A stretch of 64,000 nt of DNA from Antedon mediterranea (GCF_964355755.1 NC_092675.1:17890912-17954911); one strand, 5' to 3'; counted from the first letter of the stretch, positions 13,101-28,127 are shown. Translations and numbers: made by a program. The notes: generated from the sequence alone by a model not told the origin.

Positions 13101-16100
13101 ATGTTACAATGTGGTGGAAAAGGGGAAAACAAAATTATATATGCTAAAAGATTCCATTGGAATATTTAGTAAAATAAATTGAACGTGCATTAATACAATG
13201 ATGATATCCTATTGAAACTTTTGATTTACTTATTTCATCATTTATTTCAACATCTTTCGTTTAAATGTCAGCATTCGTTTAGATAGAATCCCCTCTCTTC
13301 TAAATTATTTAATTTAGCACTAAAGATATGTTGCACAGGTTTTAACGAGTTTTAGGCCTAACTGTTATAGTGTCGAGGAAAAGTCGTGCCGATGTTTACT
13401 ACAGTCATAAATAAACAAGAATCTGTATGTAGGCCTACCATTTGCGTCAGATTTTTAAAAGATTGTTTTCTATCTTAGTGACGCGCTTACAAATTAAGGC
13501 TATGTTATTTAAGAAAGATTCAGCAAACATACTTTGTTTTGGCTTACCGACATCGATAATAAAATGACGTTTAAGCCCATTCGCCTTATTTTCTAACACT
13601 TTGAACTAGTAAAGTTTATTGTCGGTTCCATATTTACTGGCGTTCAACCATTATTTATTTTTTAAATCAATTACGTAGTATCACATTTAGCCCAAGCCCT
13701 GAAACATCACAGCTCTGGTCCTAAATCCTAATAAATTTTAAAAATACAATATAATTTCAGCGACTTTAGTAACTTGGTAAAAATATCATAAAACGTAAGT
13801 TGTCGGTACATCTGATATCTTGCACTAGATGCTAATGGAATCACAAATGGTTGAATTCTGACGATTCACATTACCATTTTAGCCCAAGAAATTGCAATTA
13901 CCCACTTCCAGGGCAACGCTCTCACTAGTAGTAAAATAAATTAGGAATTATACGACTAATTGGCAAAACAAAATGACAAGACATATGATATGCACTTATA
14001 CTTTAGGCCACTGATTTCTAACATTGCTAAGGGATTAATAATATTCTTGGGTACAAAGTATTATGTTGGACCAAATACAAACGTGATTATACGTTCAATT
14101 AACCGTAAACGAACGTAAAAGCGATTTTATACGCGTTTGTCAAAGGTTCAATGTACATTAATAATTATATTTTAAAATAATGTGTCTTAATTTGAGTAAA
14201 TATTGGCTTTACTCGGAGATTGTTGAAAAAACATATTTATCACGTTTGAAGTCGAATGCTGCCTGAGCTCATAGCACTTTAAAATAGAAATGAGGGACAT
14301 GCATTAGCCTTAAGTGATCCAGACCTCATGGATTTAAAATAAGCGTCAGCAATAAAGGCGTCATAAATAACACCAGAAGGTAATTAGTTGAGACAGCAAA
14401 AGACGAGTAGATGGGGTAAAACGTTTTAACGTTTATCATAACACATTCTGTGATTTTATATAATATTCTACACTTCCTGATAAACGAGGCAGATGTTAAA
14501 TAACAGAATTTAAATTGCTGTTTGCATTTATTGTTGATGTACACTACGAATAAGGCTTTCAGATTTTGAAAGAACATATAGTAACGTTTGTATTATTGAC
14601 AACAGTTGTTCTTTTTATAGATTTTATTAAAACATCCTTACATGCCCTTTGGCCTATGAATATGTCACCATAATAGTGCTAATGAGTTATGCACACTATA
14701 CATATTTTCTCATATTCGTTTCTCTTGATTCGTTTTTATTAAGTTGTATGTTTTATTGTACACTCCGAGTTGCTCGATATACGTTTACTTTTCATTCGAA
14801 AAAAACAATCCTTCACAATCACAATAAGTTGCTTTCAAAGAAAAACTAAGATAATGAATGAGTTAAATATTATAATCACGGTTACAAAATTACCAAACTA
14901 TATGCCTACTATTGACATCTGGAACTCAATTTTTGAAAGCTACTTCAAAATATCTAGATATTTAAAACATGATGTAAATTTCTGAAAATGTAGGCCTACA
15001 ATAATATAAACAAATATTACAGCAACCCCACAAATTACGACCCCCATCTTAAACTCTAAAAGTACCTTTTCTTTGATAAACATAATAATTGTTAACACTT
15101 CCGCAATAACGTTGTAAATGTATGTTTGTTAAGTTATTTATGCCATTCTTATTTAACTGTGTGTCGTAAATGACAATACAGAACATGAAACATTAACAAT
15201 GTTGTCCCATGGTATATCAATGTTATTAAAAAATACAAATATTAAAGAGACTGCTGTGTATTAACTTCACCAAAATTAAAATACGAGTTTCTTTAATTGT
15301 CTGCTGAGTAAGCTTGTGGTGAAGTTTGTGGTGAGAATATTCATAGAGGACAACAATCTCCGTAACAAGGAGCTTTCAAATTACGACGACCAACGACCAA
15401 AGTACGTAATGTTATTCTCTGTACGCATGCGGGGACGTCTTCGCTCCCCACCTCGACACAGTTTTTCATGGTTTCTATGCCCAGGCGACGCTTATCTTTC
15501 ACCTCATGACATTATTTGTACAGTACAACTGCACTCATAAACATTCATTATTTGTATATTTCGATAGAATGAAAATATATCCATGGCAATTGAAATATTA
15601 TGAGTTTTTTATTAATCAACTCGCACACGCGTATATCGTTATGACATGGAAATGCAATGATGTTGTAGGAATAAAATACATATTCACGGTCACGTATTAT
15701 AAATGACAAGACTGCTGTATACAAGTAATAATAAAGGTTGTAGTGTTAGCGTCGTTGGTGAAAATGCTAAATACTTTTACCAAGAATATTAGCGTTCAAC
15801 AACCTGTTTTGTTATAACCCAAAACAACTGAATACAACATTAACGAATTTTAGAGCCATTTTCACATTTATAATACGCATTATTATGATGATATTATTCG
15901 TCAGGTAGTAAGAGTAGCAGTGAGATGATAGATAATTCGGATTATCTCAAACGCCTTTTTGTACCGACTACACAGTACCGTAAAATACGCTGTATGGATG
16001 TGGAATAACAGATCACCCTCACTATCTTAGTTCACGGCAAGCCGAGCAATAATCATTAACTACTGTCGTTTATAAATTCTAAACGATTCTGATTAAATTA

Positions 16101-16256
16101 GGTAGGCCTACAAATAGATTACATCAACAAATTACATACTATATTAGGCCTACTTTATCACACGCAATCCAAATTTTTACTACTAACGTACTAACAACCG
16201 GTATTGTATATAAATACGATGTTGTACCGACGTGTACGTGAATGGCTAAACAATAA

Positions 16257-16435
16257 AGCTTGGTTCCCACTAGAACGTAACGCAAGCACGTAAACGCAAC
16301 GCAAGCGTTTTAACCAATGACAAGCGAAGTTATAGACAGTTAGCAATCACAAGCGAATAAGCCATCGCTTGTGATTGGTCAATTCACTTGCGTTGCGTTA
16401 CGTCCTTGTGTTGCGTCGCTAGTGGGAACCACGCT
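16257..16435. mobile_element. PIF/Harbinger-like MITE
   Basis: TIRs AGCTTGGTTCCCACTAG / CTAGTGGGAACCACGCT flanked by a TAA direct repeat (16254-16256, 16436-16438). Confidence 0.85.
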
Positions 16436-19400
16436 TAAAGAAGAGCTTGCACTGCACGCGTACGCACAGAATAGTATGAACACCTGTATTTTTATGCAAA
16501 TAACAGAATATATTGTAGCGCCCTGTCTTATAACGTTATATCAAAGTCCTATTGCACTGTAGCGCCCTCTCTTAACGTCATATCAAAGTCCTATTACACC
16601 ATTCATTCCAATCCATGTAACTAATTAATTTAGAGATTGTCTAATTTTAAATTACTATTTAACTATATAGTCTTAGTCAATATTTCCTATCGAGTTTTTT
16701 TTTTAATTATGGCCCTTTTAGAAAAAGACATAATAACATTTTTATCTGAAATAGTTATTATTTTGACTCAGGAACTTCAGATAGTAATAATATGTGCACA
16801 AGTAATGTATGCATTTGATTTGATAACCACAAACAGCAGGATTCGGCTGCGTTCGGCCTGATGTCACGTCACCTCTGTATCCCCCAGGTGCATCACGCTG
16901 TTGGGACATAATCCAAGATCGAAAGTTCATGTCAACAGATGTAATTTTCCTTGATAGTTGTTTGAAATTTCTGACAAATATTTTAAATATTTCAAATCTA
17001 ATCTTCAATAAATTAGTTAAAACAATTGTAATATTAAACTGTGTAATGACGTTTGTAAAATATCAAATTATTCCGTTGCTGTTATGCCATTAAAACCAGA
17101 TCTCTTTGCGGGAATGAAGGTTCCTTAATGTACCGTACTGAAGGCCTATGTATTCTTTTCTATGAAAAACCCGGATTTATTGTAGCTGCATTCAAAAGAT
17201 CGGGTTGTTATAACTTTATAGAAAGACAAAAGCGGATATATTTTATAGTTCTTGTGCCGAAATAGAAATTCTTTAAGCTGTGATGTACGGTACGGACATT
17301 GACAGGTGATACAAATCATGACGTTTTAAGGTATCATCATATCGCACCTGTTGTCTGTTAGTAAGAATTTAAAACACGCGTGCTTCTAATGATACGCATA
17401 AGAAGTACTATTACCATAAGTAAATGTAATGTTATAGCTCTATCTTGTCCACGGCTAGCAATTTTAATTTTCATAAATTATGTTCAGTGTCGACGTAACC
17501 TACTTATCATTTTCAAATTCATCACCTCAAATTTCTTTCTTGATTTTGTTTTACGCCTTATATGAAATTTACTTCGTGATCTTCTTTCTCTTATCCTACT
17601 ATCATTGTTAATTACCTGGTCATCATCACAATGATTTTAGGCCTATCTATTTCTACCCTTTAAATTTCAACTTTTTAAAACTACCGCAGGCTTATATACA
17701 TTTTGAAAGTTAGCATTAATAACAGGGTGGCTATCTAACTACAAATGTAGGCCTACTTTTAGCTGACCTACATAACCCCACGTATAATATACGTGTGTCG
17801 GCCGGGTATACAAAGTAGACGCTAATTGTAACACGTAATATCTGATTGCATCAGAGAATTGAGTAGTTGACGCCCTCTAAAGAACAAAATGCCCTGCTAT
17901 CTCTAGTTTATTTCAGTGAAATGGTTTGCCTGCAGTGACAATCATTGCGATTTAACTTGACAACATTACAATTAATTGTTTCAAATGGGTTAAAGGTGTT
18001 TAGCTTATGATACAAATGCTACAAGTATATAGTGCTGGCTAAATATTGTTGATGAAACTGAATATAAAGTAACTTGTATTTTCTTTCAATATATTGATGT
18101 AGTTATTTTTCAACTGAGAAAGAGATCATTCTTTACTAAATAAAAAAGAGAGATATTGTAATTAAAGTTTAAACATTACTAAGGTATAATATTACTAAAT
18201 ATCCTTGTACAAATATATAGAAAAGATCATATAAATTGGAAAAAGAAGAAGATGTAATCAAATAACAAGTTATGCTGAACAGGGGCTTTCTAAAAAGAAC
18301 AAAGACTGAGAAGATATGACGTTCAATGCAGAATGACGATTACGATTTCAAACAAACAATAAATGTTACCAAAACTTCAGAAGATTCAATAACATTTCTA
18401 ATTAAAGGCGATGTTTATATAAAATTGTGTTGTTGATAGTGTTGATAGGCTACTATTAGTATTAGGCCTATAGGTAACGGTAAGGATGTTAGACAGAAAT
18501 AGTACACGGTAGTAACATGTCATAAGGTCCAAAATAGTTGGGACAGAAGCCATGAATGAATATGTAAAATCTAACGTTTCTCTCTAACTAACTGAGCTTT
18601 AAGTTACACATTACTTTATTGCAAATAACTTAGCGTTTCAAATACATATTCAGAACATCTCTTACCAACCTAGATATTATGCCAGACGTACAGATATGCC
18701 GGTTTTTGTCTATTATTGTGGCTGTAAGCTGAAATGCTAATGAATACTTATTAAATTCTTAATATGCGCCGACCTAAAAAATTTAATAATGCGGATGTAA
18801 ATCAAGTGCACAAGTCGTCTCTTTTATGCAAAGCTGTAAAACTGTCTTCCTGCTCCATCAATAACTGACCATTCCGGTAAGATAAATGATAGGCTAATAC
18901 AATAACAATAACACAAATGCAATCCTACAGAAAGACAAAATTAATATCAGGCCACTGTGAAATTGCAAAACCAAAATAATCAATGTGTAAGATGATGCCA
19001 TAGTAAGGCTGTCTTCACAGCATTTGACAAATATTGTAAGAATTTTACTAAAGTTGCCTGAAAAAAAGATCCGAGTTTAAAAAAAGAGCTAATTTGCATT
19101 GTTGCTTATATAATTTTGTCTAGGCCTATACCTTTTTTCTTTATTATTTATGTCTTACTTCTCTTACTCAAGTTCAGAAAATTCATTACATTGTTTTATT
19201 ATTTTATGTATCGCAGGCTGAGTGTACTATATATATTTTTAATTTGTTTGGCTTATAACGTTTTTTTAATTTGTATGTAGTTTAAGTTGACTGCACCATT
19301 ATTGAGTTTGTTGTCATTGAATGTTTGTTTTGGTCAATAAAGTTATTATTATAATGAATATTCTTTATTAATATCATTTATTAAAGATAGTAATTGAACA

Positions 19401-21849
19401 GGCTATTTTAATAATTAAAAAAAGGCCGCGATTACACCAATTATACGTATTGTTCTAATAATTATTCAATTCAATTATAATTTATTAAGAAATTGCAAAT
19501 ATACACAGGTAAATAATATTGCAAGATATAGTGCAGAAAAGTCCATAATACCTACAGATAAAGCCACATTATATCGAGTAATGTTTATTCAATTTTGAGT
19601 GCGATTCTTCTGTTGGATTATAAGAACATAACATTTTATAGCTTTTAATTATGCTAGGGCTTTCGAGCAAGTAATACATTTTTTATGTTTAATTTTCACT
19701 TTAGGCGAAACTGTCAAATTCATGAAATATTGAAAAGAGTTTTACGCTGAACTTTGAATTTTAAAATATACATTATTCATATTACGTTATTATTGAACAG
19801 TCCATTTTGGAAACGTAAAACCAATGAATTATAATTGATTTTGTAACTTAGCTATCTAAGGGTAATTGTAATTGTAATTGTAATAGTTATAGCTTTAAAA
19901 TGAAACACAGGAATGAGTTTTTTTGTGTCAATAATTCAAATGTATAATGTGCAATCACACAAGCCATCACGTTAATTATTTCGTGATTTCAAAGAAACAC
20001 GGGAGGTTTCTAAATGTGCGCGAGTCAGTTTCTAACTAATGTCTCACTGACGAAAGTCAATCAATCAATCATCGACATTTTTATTCCATAATCAATATAA
20101 AAACATATACAAATACAATACAAATAATATGATAATGGAATAGGATACAAAATAAGTACAAGTGCTTTAAATAACGCTAACAAAAAAGAAGAAACATTAG
20201 TAAAAAAAAAAATATAAAAAAAACCAAAATAACATAATGTGATTTACTTAACTTAGGCCTAACTATTTCTATTGATATAATCTCTGTTAAACAAAGTGGA
20301 TCGTTTCTTATCTTTAGCTAAACATTTTTTTTTAATGTACTCTATCTCGAATGCCTTACCAATCTATAAAAAAGCTACTAACAATGTTATGTTTAATGTG
20401 TCCTGCTTAAAATTACAGACAAGTATAAAATACTACAGTAGTTATTGTTTTAAATCTGCAATGTATTTTTATAGAATATTTCTCTCTGCCTGACTCGAAA
20501 GAATAATTAGTAACTACAGGCCTAGTTAATTACGATTGTAATTTATATCTACTGCTATACACCACAAGCAATCGGAAAATGTTCGTATATTACATGTGTA
20601 CAGAAAATTGATGATACCCATACAAAATCGTTTAGCAAACTATACGTTATAAGTTCCTCTTGCCTGACTTGAACAAGAAGATTAATTTCGGACTTAAGTG
20701 TTAATACATCAGCTTAATGTGAAGCTTGAACCCTTTTCAAGTAAATACTACTATATTGCAGTACGTAGCTTTGATTTAAAGTCAAGAATTAACAAAGGAT
20801 AAACGAAATTTATCATTTGTTAACAAACAAACTGGCTGTTCAAACAAAAGTCATTTCAGACATCCATTTAAAGAGAACACGTTTACTGTGTAATTGTATT
20901 TTAAATGTGTTAGGTTGTTTTCAGACCGTTATGACTGGATTGAAACTAACATGTTGGATAATAGCGTAATTTTGTAGGCCTACTTAGACAAGATTTCAAA
21001 TTTCATTCTTATGCCTGTTTACACTACGACGATAAATAGAAAAATATTTTTCCTTAGAAGGAAAGTTAGTCTGCTGGACACGTGGCGCGCCATTCGGTAT
21101 ATGCCATGGTATGCTTGGTAGCATGTATATCTGTTTTATCGTACTAATATTTGCCAATCTTTAAGAAGGATTTCTATTGTTATTTTATGATGATAATTGA
21201 CAAATAAAGCATTTCAGTATTCAGGATACGCGATGGACATACCAGATTTTACAAGAATGTCCACAATCATTTCTTCATTACCATAACTGTAAAAGAAAAC
21301 TCTGAATGTTTGAGTATATTATGAAGACATAACAGCACGTTACGAGCAAGTTACGATATATTTATTTTCTATTTGTTATGCTTTTAAGAAAATCAATTAT
21401 GATTTTATAATGATTTACCAAACCTTATTTATCAAAATTAATTAATGTTCTGTCACAAATTTATGAATACACATTAAAGAGTAACATTGAAATGTTCCCT
21501 GTTACAACTTTATGAGAATTTAAATTGAACATGAGCTTTTATCTTTTATGATATAAATTGAATACGGCTTGGAAGGCTCGACAACGCTAATCATATTTGT
21601 TCGTAAGTTTTGAGTTTCGAAGACATGCGTTTTTATTGCTTTGCATTCAACAGCAGGCACCACGATGAACGTCTATTAAACAGTCGACATGTTATGACTG
21701 TCGCAATATATTTATTTCCATTTCAGCTTCATTTATCTCAGAGGCACTAAGTTTTCCCTCTTTTCGTGTAGTCAAACACAAGCTTAACAAAGTCTTTCAT
21801 TTTTATACATCTTCTCTTCTTTTACACTTTTGTCCAATCCGGAGACAGA

Positions 21850-22014
21850 CAGTGGCGTAACTCAGAGGCCTGAGGCCCCTGATTTAGGAACCCCAAGTAG
21901 CCCTCCAACGTATCTTTTAGTGCCTGTTGTTCCTTTGAACATTTCTCAGGGGCCCTCATAAGCTCCGGGGCCCCTGGGTTTAGCCAGAAAGCGCTCATAG
22001 CCGTTACGCCACTG
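21850..22014. mobile_element. hAT-like MITE
   Basis: TIRs CAGTGGCGTAAC / GTTACGCCACTG; 8-bp flanks GAGACAGA / GAGAAAGA (7/8 match). A related fragment lies near 43452-43497. Confidence 0.85.
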
Positions 22015-22029
22015 GAGAAAGACGATTTA

Positions 22030-24018
22030 ATGCTTGCTATTAGCATTTTTGGGTTACTAAGGTCAAGTAAAAGAAAGCATGTACTGTATAAAAGGTTCAT
22101 AAAAAACCCTACTGTAAAAAACAAAAATACGTATAAAGAATTTAAAAAAGCTTTTGCACGCACGTGCAAAATCGCCAAAAAGATGTATTATGAAAATCTT
22201 TTCAATCGAACAAATGGTAATATTAAAAAAACATGGAATGTTATAAATGATGTAATTGATCCGAATAAAGGAAAAACTAAAGTTCCATCTTCTTTTACAC
22301 ATAGCAATGAAACTATACATGGTTGCGAAAATGTTGTAAATCATATTAATGATTATTTTATTAATGTAGGTTGTAAGGTTCGAGACAATATTGAGTCTAC
22401 TACGACAAAATATTCTGAATACCTCACAAACAAACAACGCAACTCAATGTTTTTTTGCTATGTTGATGAGGAGGAGGTACTAAAAGTTATTGAATCTCTC
22501 GATTCAAACAAAGCCTCCGGATTTGATGACATTTCAGCTAAAGTTGTAAAGGAAGTAAAATACAATATTTTAAAGCCGCTGACATATATTTTTAATTTAT
22601 CACTTCAAACTGGACTAATACCAGGGAAGTTGAAAATTTCCAAAGTAGTTCCCATACATAAAAAAGGGGACCGCCATTTGGCCTCAAACTATCGTCCCAT
22701 ATCGCTGTTGCCCATTTTTTCGAAAGTTTTTGAAAAGATTATCCATAATCAATTATACAATTATCTTACAAAATGTAAAGTGTTAAGCAACAATCAATAT
22801 GGATTTAGAAACAAACACTCAACTTCTCATGCTATGATCGACTTGGTCCATAAAATATTAAATGCATTTGAAAAAAAGGAATATGCACTTACTACCTTTA
22901 TGGATTTGTCAAAAGCGTTTGACATTATCGATCACAGTATTCTGTTGAGCAAATTGGCGCATTATGGTATAAGAGGCATCGTTTTAATGTGGTTTAGAAA
23001 CTATTTAAGTGGCCGCAAACAATATGTTTATGCCAACGGTAGATCATCATGTTTAAAAGACACCAATATAGGGGTGCCACAGGGTTCTGTTTTAGGACCA
23101 CTTTTGTTTTTAATTTACATCAATGATATAAGTCGAGCAAGTAGTAAAATAGATATAATTAGTTTTGCTGACGACACAACTTGTATAACAAGGGGAGATG
23201 ACCCTACAATGTTAAACCATACTATGAATATTGAACTAGAAAAAATAAACGTATGGCTTAAAGCAAATAAACTGTTACTGAATGTCAGCAAAACTAATTA
23301 CGTTGTTTTTAGAACTAGCCAAAAGAACTTTGACAAAAACCAGTTTAAAATAAAAATGAATAATGTGTTATTACATAGAAAAGAAAATGTGACATTTCTA
23401 GGTGTAATGTTAAACGAAAATCTTAACTGGAAACATCACATACAGCTTATTAGGAAAAAAATGTCTAGGGCAATTGGTATACTTTTAAAAGTAAGAGAAT
23501 TCTTTCCTCATAAAGTCCGTATTAGTCTTTATAACACCTTAGTATTACCTCACCTTCAGTATGGTAACTTAATATGGGGAAATACATACAAGAGCACGTT
23601 AGAAGTAATACTAAAACTCCAAAAGAGAGCTGTAAAATGCATTACCTTCTCTAAATCCAGACAAGCCTCAGAGCCACTGTTTAAGAAACTAAAAATATTA
23701 AACGTTTATGATATTTACAAAGTAAACGTCATAGGATTTATGGCAAACGTAAAATTCAATGAATTACCACATCACATTTTAAATATTTTTAATTACTGTG
23801 ACAGTATTAGGCCTACTCATAACCTCAGAACAGAAACTGAATTCGAAATTCCCTTCACAAGACTAACTTGCAGTCAACAGTTTATACACATATATGGACC
23901 AAAATTGTGGAAAGAATTCACTTGTAATGGTGGTAATAAACCGGTTATCTTAAAGAAACAAAATAAATGTATAAAAAAACAGGTTAAAAAATACTTTTTA
24001 TCACTATATGCTGATTAA
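22030..24018 (+). CDS. Non-LTR retrotransposon ORF2 remnant, reverse transcriptase (CR1/L2-group-like), 5' truncated
   Basis: Open 662-codon frame with RT motifs KASGFD, NYRPISLL, QYGFR, DLSKAFD, GVPQGSVLGPLLFLIYIND, FADD and FLG. No endonuclease domain; the annotated Met is probably flanking DNA. Confidence 0.93.
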   Translation: MLAISIFGLLRSSKRKHVLYKRFIKNPTVKNKNTYKEFKKAFARTCKIAKKMYYENLFNRTNGNIKKTWNVINDVIDPNKGKTKVPSSFTHSNETIHGCENVVNHINDYFINVGCKVRDNIESTTTKYSEYLTNKQRNSMFFCYVDEEEVLKVIESLDSNKASGFDDISAKVVKEVKYNILKPLTYIFNLSLQTGLIPGKLKISKVVPIHKKGDRHLASNYRPISLLPIFSKVFEKIIHNQLYNYLTKCKVLSNNQYGFRNKHSTSHAMIDLVHKILNAFEKKEYALTTFMDLSKAFDIIDHSILLSKLAHYGIRGIVLMWFRNYLSGRKQYVYANGRSSCLKDTNIGVPQGSVLGPLLFLIYINDISRASSKIDIISFADDTTCITRGDDPTMLNHTMNIELEKINVWLKANKLLLNVSKTNYVVFRTSQKNFDKNQFKIKMNNVLLHRKENVTFLGVMLNENLNWKHHIQLIRKKMSRAIGILLKVREFFPHKVRISLYNTLVLPHLQYGNLIWGNTYKSTLEVILKLQKRAVKCITFSKSRQASEPLFKKLKILNVYDIYKVNVIGFMANVKFNELPHHILNIFNYCDSIRPTHNLRTETEFEIPFTRLTCSQQFIHIYGPKLWKEFTCNGGNKPVILKKQNKCIKKQVKKYFLSLYAD

Positions 24019-24191
24019 CAACACCTTTGTTTATTTAAGTTCTATATACTTGTTCTTATGTAAAAGGGTCCTACAAAAAAACGAAGCTATAGCTTTTTTA
24101 TGCAGGATCCCTGTTCTCAGTTGTACTGTAATTATGATGTACTGTAATTGATGACTAAATAAATGTGGAATAAATGAAAAAATGAAAAATG
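22050..24191 (+). mobile_element. 5'-truncated LINE with 3' stem-loop and short-repeat tail
   Basis: RT frame, then 3'UTR hairpin GGGTCCT...AAGCTATAGCTT...AGGATCCC (24066-24110), AATAAA and an (ATGAAAA)n-like tail at 24174-24191. No clear TSD. Confidence 0.88.
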
Positions 24192-26734
24192 TACTTGCGC
24201 CAAACACGCTATGTAAACTAGTTCATTAACTATCAGACAAAATGGAACAAAAGCTCATGTTAAAGAAACATCGTGAGTAGATTTGTTTTGATGTTAAATA
24301 TTAATCTATAAAATCGTATGCTTTTTCCAGTAATTAATTACAGCATATTTCAGGTGCATTTTAACAATTTAACGACCTATGTTGAACCGTAGATTATGAT
24401 TTGTATTACTATAAAATATATGTATTTTACACACATATATTCTGTTTTTATTTGTATAAGCAACATTTACCCTCATCAAACAAAACTTAATATAGGTTAC
24501 TTCGATTCTGAACTACTCGAGACATTTTAGTAGAACACAGAACTAGAAATGACCGGAGAACATGCAATTTATACACATTATCTTTTATGGCACAGATATT
24601 CTATCGGAGATTTTAAAATATAAATTAATAGTCGGTGGAAATTCATAGACTTGTATTATCCTTTTTTATGTTATCCACCCGTCGGCGTTTTGATTTTTGT
24701 GTGGAAAATTAGTATTATAGGTATGAAACGCCATATGTGCCAAAATATTACGTTTTTATTAATATTATTTCAAAATACGGTCTTTATTTCATTTGGTATC
24801 CCAGCTTTGATCAATCAAGCAGAATTAATTATTTTGAAGTGTTTTACAGCTTTTGCAATACCGCAATTGGCCGCAGCGCTTGTGAAGTTTTCCGGGATTG
24901 AAGAAGGTATACTTACTGTCAACTTAGGATGCCGCGCGGTTTATGTGCTAGGCATATTGTCTATTTACATATCGTCTATAGATTTACATATCGTCTTTAT
25001 TTTAGAGCGTTGGGTGCAATAAAATAATAATTTGGTTACATGACACTAACGATAGTCGAGAGAAAATAGCACTGACTTTCACGAACAATGGCAGGTAATT
25101 AGATTTTACAAATCAGGGGAAATAAAAATGTTATCAATTTATGAAATTGTGATTTGGAAAGTTATAAAATGTGTCCTCGGATTCAATCTATTTATTTGTC
25201 TGTAATACATATACGTTACGATCAATTACTATAATACTGGACATGGATAGCGTACCACTGCTAAAAAAATACCCGATAGAATCATATGGTTTACCAAATT
25301 ATACAATATTATTTCATGATTTTCTTTTTATTGCAACGTCAGGGGTTCCGCTGGCGTAACGTTGAATTTTGCTCTTGATGTAAATACTATAGCCTACTCT
25401 TGGGAACAACTGTATAAAAACACCCACCAAATACTATTTATAATTAGACGACTGTTTACACGGAGAGGAATTAATAACTTTCACTATTTGTATTGGCGCT
25501 CGAGAATCGGTTTTTGTGTTGATATCCACGAGGGGTGGCTAAAATCGCAGTGTATCTCACTGTGACCGAAGGCAAGTACTGAAATTTCTACAGCGTATGA
25601 AAGGAAAATGGAATATTTGAAATAACAGAAAGAAGACTAAACATCAATGAAAGTTCAAGTACATCCAAGTAAGGTTAGTGTCTTCTAGTAATATTTGATA
25701 CTGATTTAAACATTTTCTAATAATTTGTTAATAGGCATAAAGACCACCATGATGGTTGTTTTTTCAGGAGTAAGACTGTACGAGTTATTATGCAGATGGG
25801 ACAAGTCGAAGACAGTTATAGATTCTAATCATGCAGCTAAACAATGGTTATCTTTATCTAATGACTATAATCATAGATTGTTTGTATTGTGAACCAAGTC
25901 ACAGTGACGTGACTCTTTCTTACTCCGAACGTCGACGCGCCTCGGGTAGTTTTCACATTACGTCGTGTCCTAATCTTTTAAGTGGTACACTAGAACCTTA
26001 CTAATACAATATTGATGTACGAGTCGCACTTGTTTCATTTCCCAATAATATTATCGGTATTTAACGATTCATTTAATTCTGTTTTTTCTAAGCGTTTTCC
26101 AAAGGAGATTTGTGAGTTTAGTTGTTTCATTTAACATGTTCTAAAGGCTCTGCAGATGCGTAATTTTTAATGAAACAGATACAATATTCTTTGCTGCATT
26201 GGTTTTTAGATTCAAACTAACCAAACAACATGTCTTTGGCTCATTCAATTTGTCATTACTTCTAGTAAACCAAAGCGTAAATCAGTCGAAAACCATCATT
26301 AAATCGATTTTAGGCACGGTTGTCTTAGCTAAATGCATTGACGTTCATGACAATATAAATTGTTCGTATTTATGCTTCTTGAAGAGTTAGCAACAGACTA
26401 AAGGGTTCAATGTTCAACAAATATTAATCGGTAACTTTCCGACTCATTATGATTATACATTGGTACGCATCGTACCATTTTTTAATTTGTACGACGCATC
26501 CTAAATATTGAGTCACATGGCGTTCAAATAATATCTGGCTATTTACACATACAATTGATTCTTTTTAATATGAGGCCAAATGCCATGGATATTAGTACAA
26601 ACTCCTACTCTACTTTGTAATCTTCTGTGCCATATATACCCATTCTAAAGTGATTGTAAATCTCGATAAAATCATTTATTTTCCAATATTTAATTTGTAT
26701 AAGTTATATTGTGGTTGTCATGGTTTTAGATAAA

Positions 26735-26862
26735 GCTAGTGGGAACTAGTACTCAGGAGTAATGCAAGTGACCAATTGCGACACTATGAATATTCCGAAT
26801 TGTCGCTTGTGATTGGTCAACTCACTTGCGTTGCGTGTACGCCATTGCGTGGATACCAAGAC
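26735..26862. mobile_element. Degenerate copy of the GGTTCCCAC MITE family
   Basis: Shares TGTCGCTTGTGATTGGTCAA...CACTTGCGTTGCGT with 16257-16435. Confidence 0.6.
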
Positions 26863-28127
26863 TTGGTCAATGATCTCATGTTTTGGGTAACCTGGATTGA
26901 ATTACGGGGGAAACGTAAGTCTTCTCCTACGATGTATAAGTGGGTCAAACATTTGTAAATGAGACATCAATTATCTTGATTTCAATGACCATTTTCCATT
27001 AATTCAAGTATTTAGTACAAAATTGACTTACCTCATTACCAAAATCATTCAGATTTTCAGAATTTGTCAAAATGATACGTTCTGTTTTCAATCACGCCGA
27101 CTATTTTGTCCGTGTTGTTATTGTATATTATCAATCAACGCCGAAGTAAGAGCTTAATGAGGATGAACAAAAACCGGGATAAAGGGTACGCAGATTTACT
27201 ACGTTGAAATCACGTTCGTACGTATATGCCCACACACTAAAATGCAACGCAGATAGATACGTGTGTACAATCGGTTTTGCACAGCTAACCAGTTGAACGA
27301 TGTCTAACATAACCGACTGTGATTGGAATGTCATCTTAGGAATGATGGCCAGGTGTATACGGTATCGTACTATACGTAAAGGTAGGTTACAATTCAACCT
27401 CAAATCAAATCAAATCCCGGCGTGTCACAGTGGTCAAAACTGCTGTTTCTATCCGTTCCATTAAAATTAGTATCGTATAATATTACTTGTAGTTTGCTTA
27501 GTAAATCAACAAAAGTAATCGGGGGAAAATTAGGACTATTTTTAACAGTAGGCCTAAGAGTTTCTTAATTCAATGAAGCGAGATCTCCTTCTCTAGAGTA
27601 TAGGTAAGTCTGTGTTTTTATTATGTCGTTAGTTAAAGATCTGTCGTCAATAACCTGCTCAATAAAATGGAGATTAATGTAAATCGATAGTATTGTATAC
27701 ATTACTAATATGCAATAAAACAAAGCGAAGAACAATGGCCAATTAATAGAAAACCAATTTTCATCTGAGTCTGAGAAAAGGTAGATAACCAAGCAATCAA
27801 CATTTTTAATGTATAGGGCCTATCAGTATTTTAAGTTAAGTAAAATAATATAGGTCTACTTCAGATAGTATTAATAATAGTATGACTAGTGAATATTTTT
27901 TTTAACTAAACGTTTTATACAATAATATTACAAAACGTTTTTAAATATAAATAAATCTGTAATAGCAATTCATTATTATTATTTAATTTCATCAGTAACA
28001 TTTTATCTTTTATAGCAACTATCAATCAACAAGAATTAATTTTGTATATTCATTGAGGTAGGTCTATAGCTGGCGGATCGTTGCAAGAAACTTGACAATT
28101 AATACATGTGGCTTCTCTTTTTCTAGG

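Noticed and set aside
4200-21800. Numerous 60-100 aa ORFs in the ORF track
   Set aside because: Low-complexity F/I/L/Y-rich translations expected from AT-rich non-coding DNA, many with non-ATG starts, and no domain motifs.
21822-22437. Minus-strand ORFs 21822-22178 and 22063-22437
   Set aside because: Antisense to the LINE RT and MITE; no independent coding signal.
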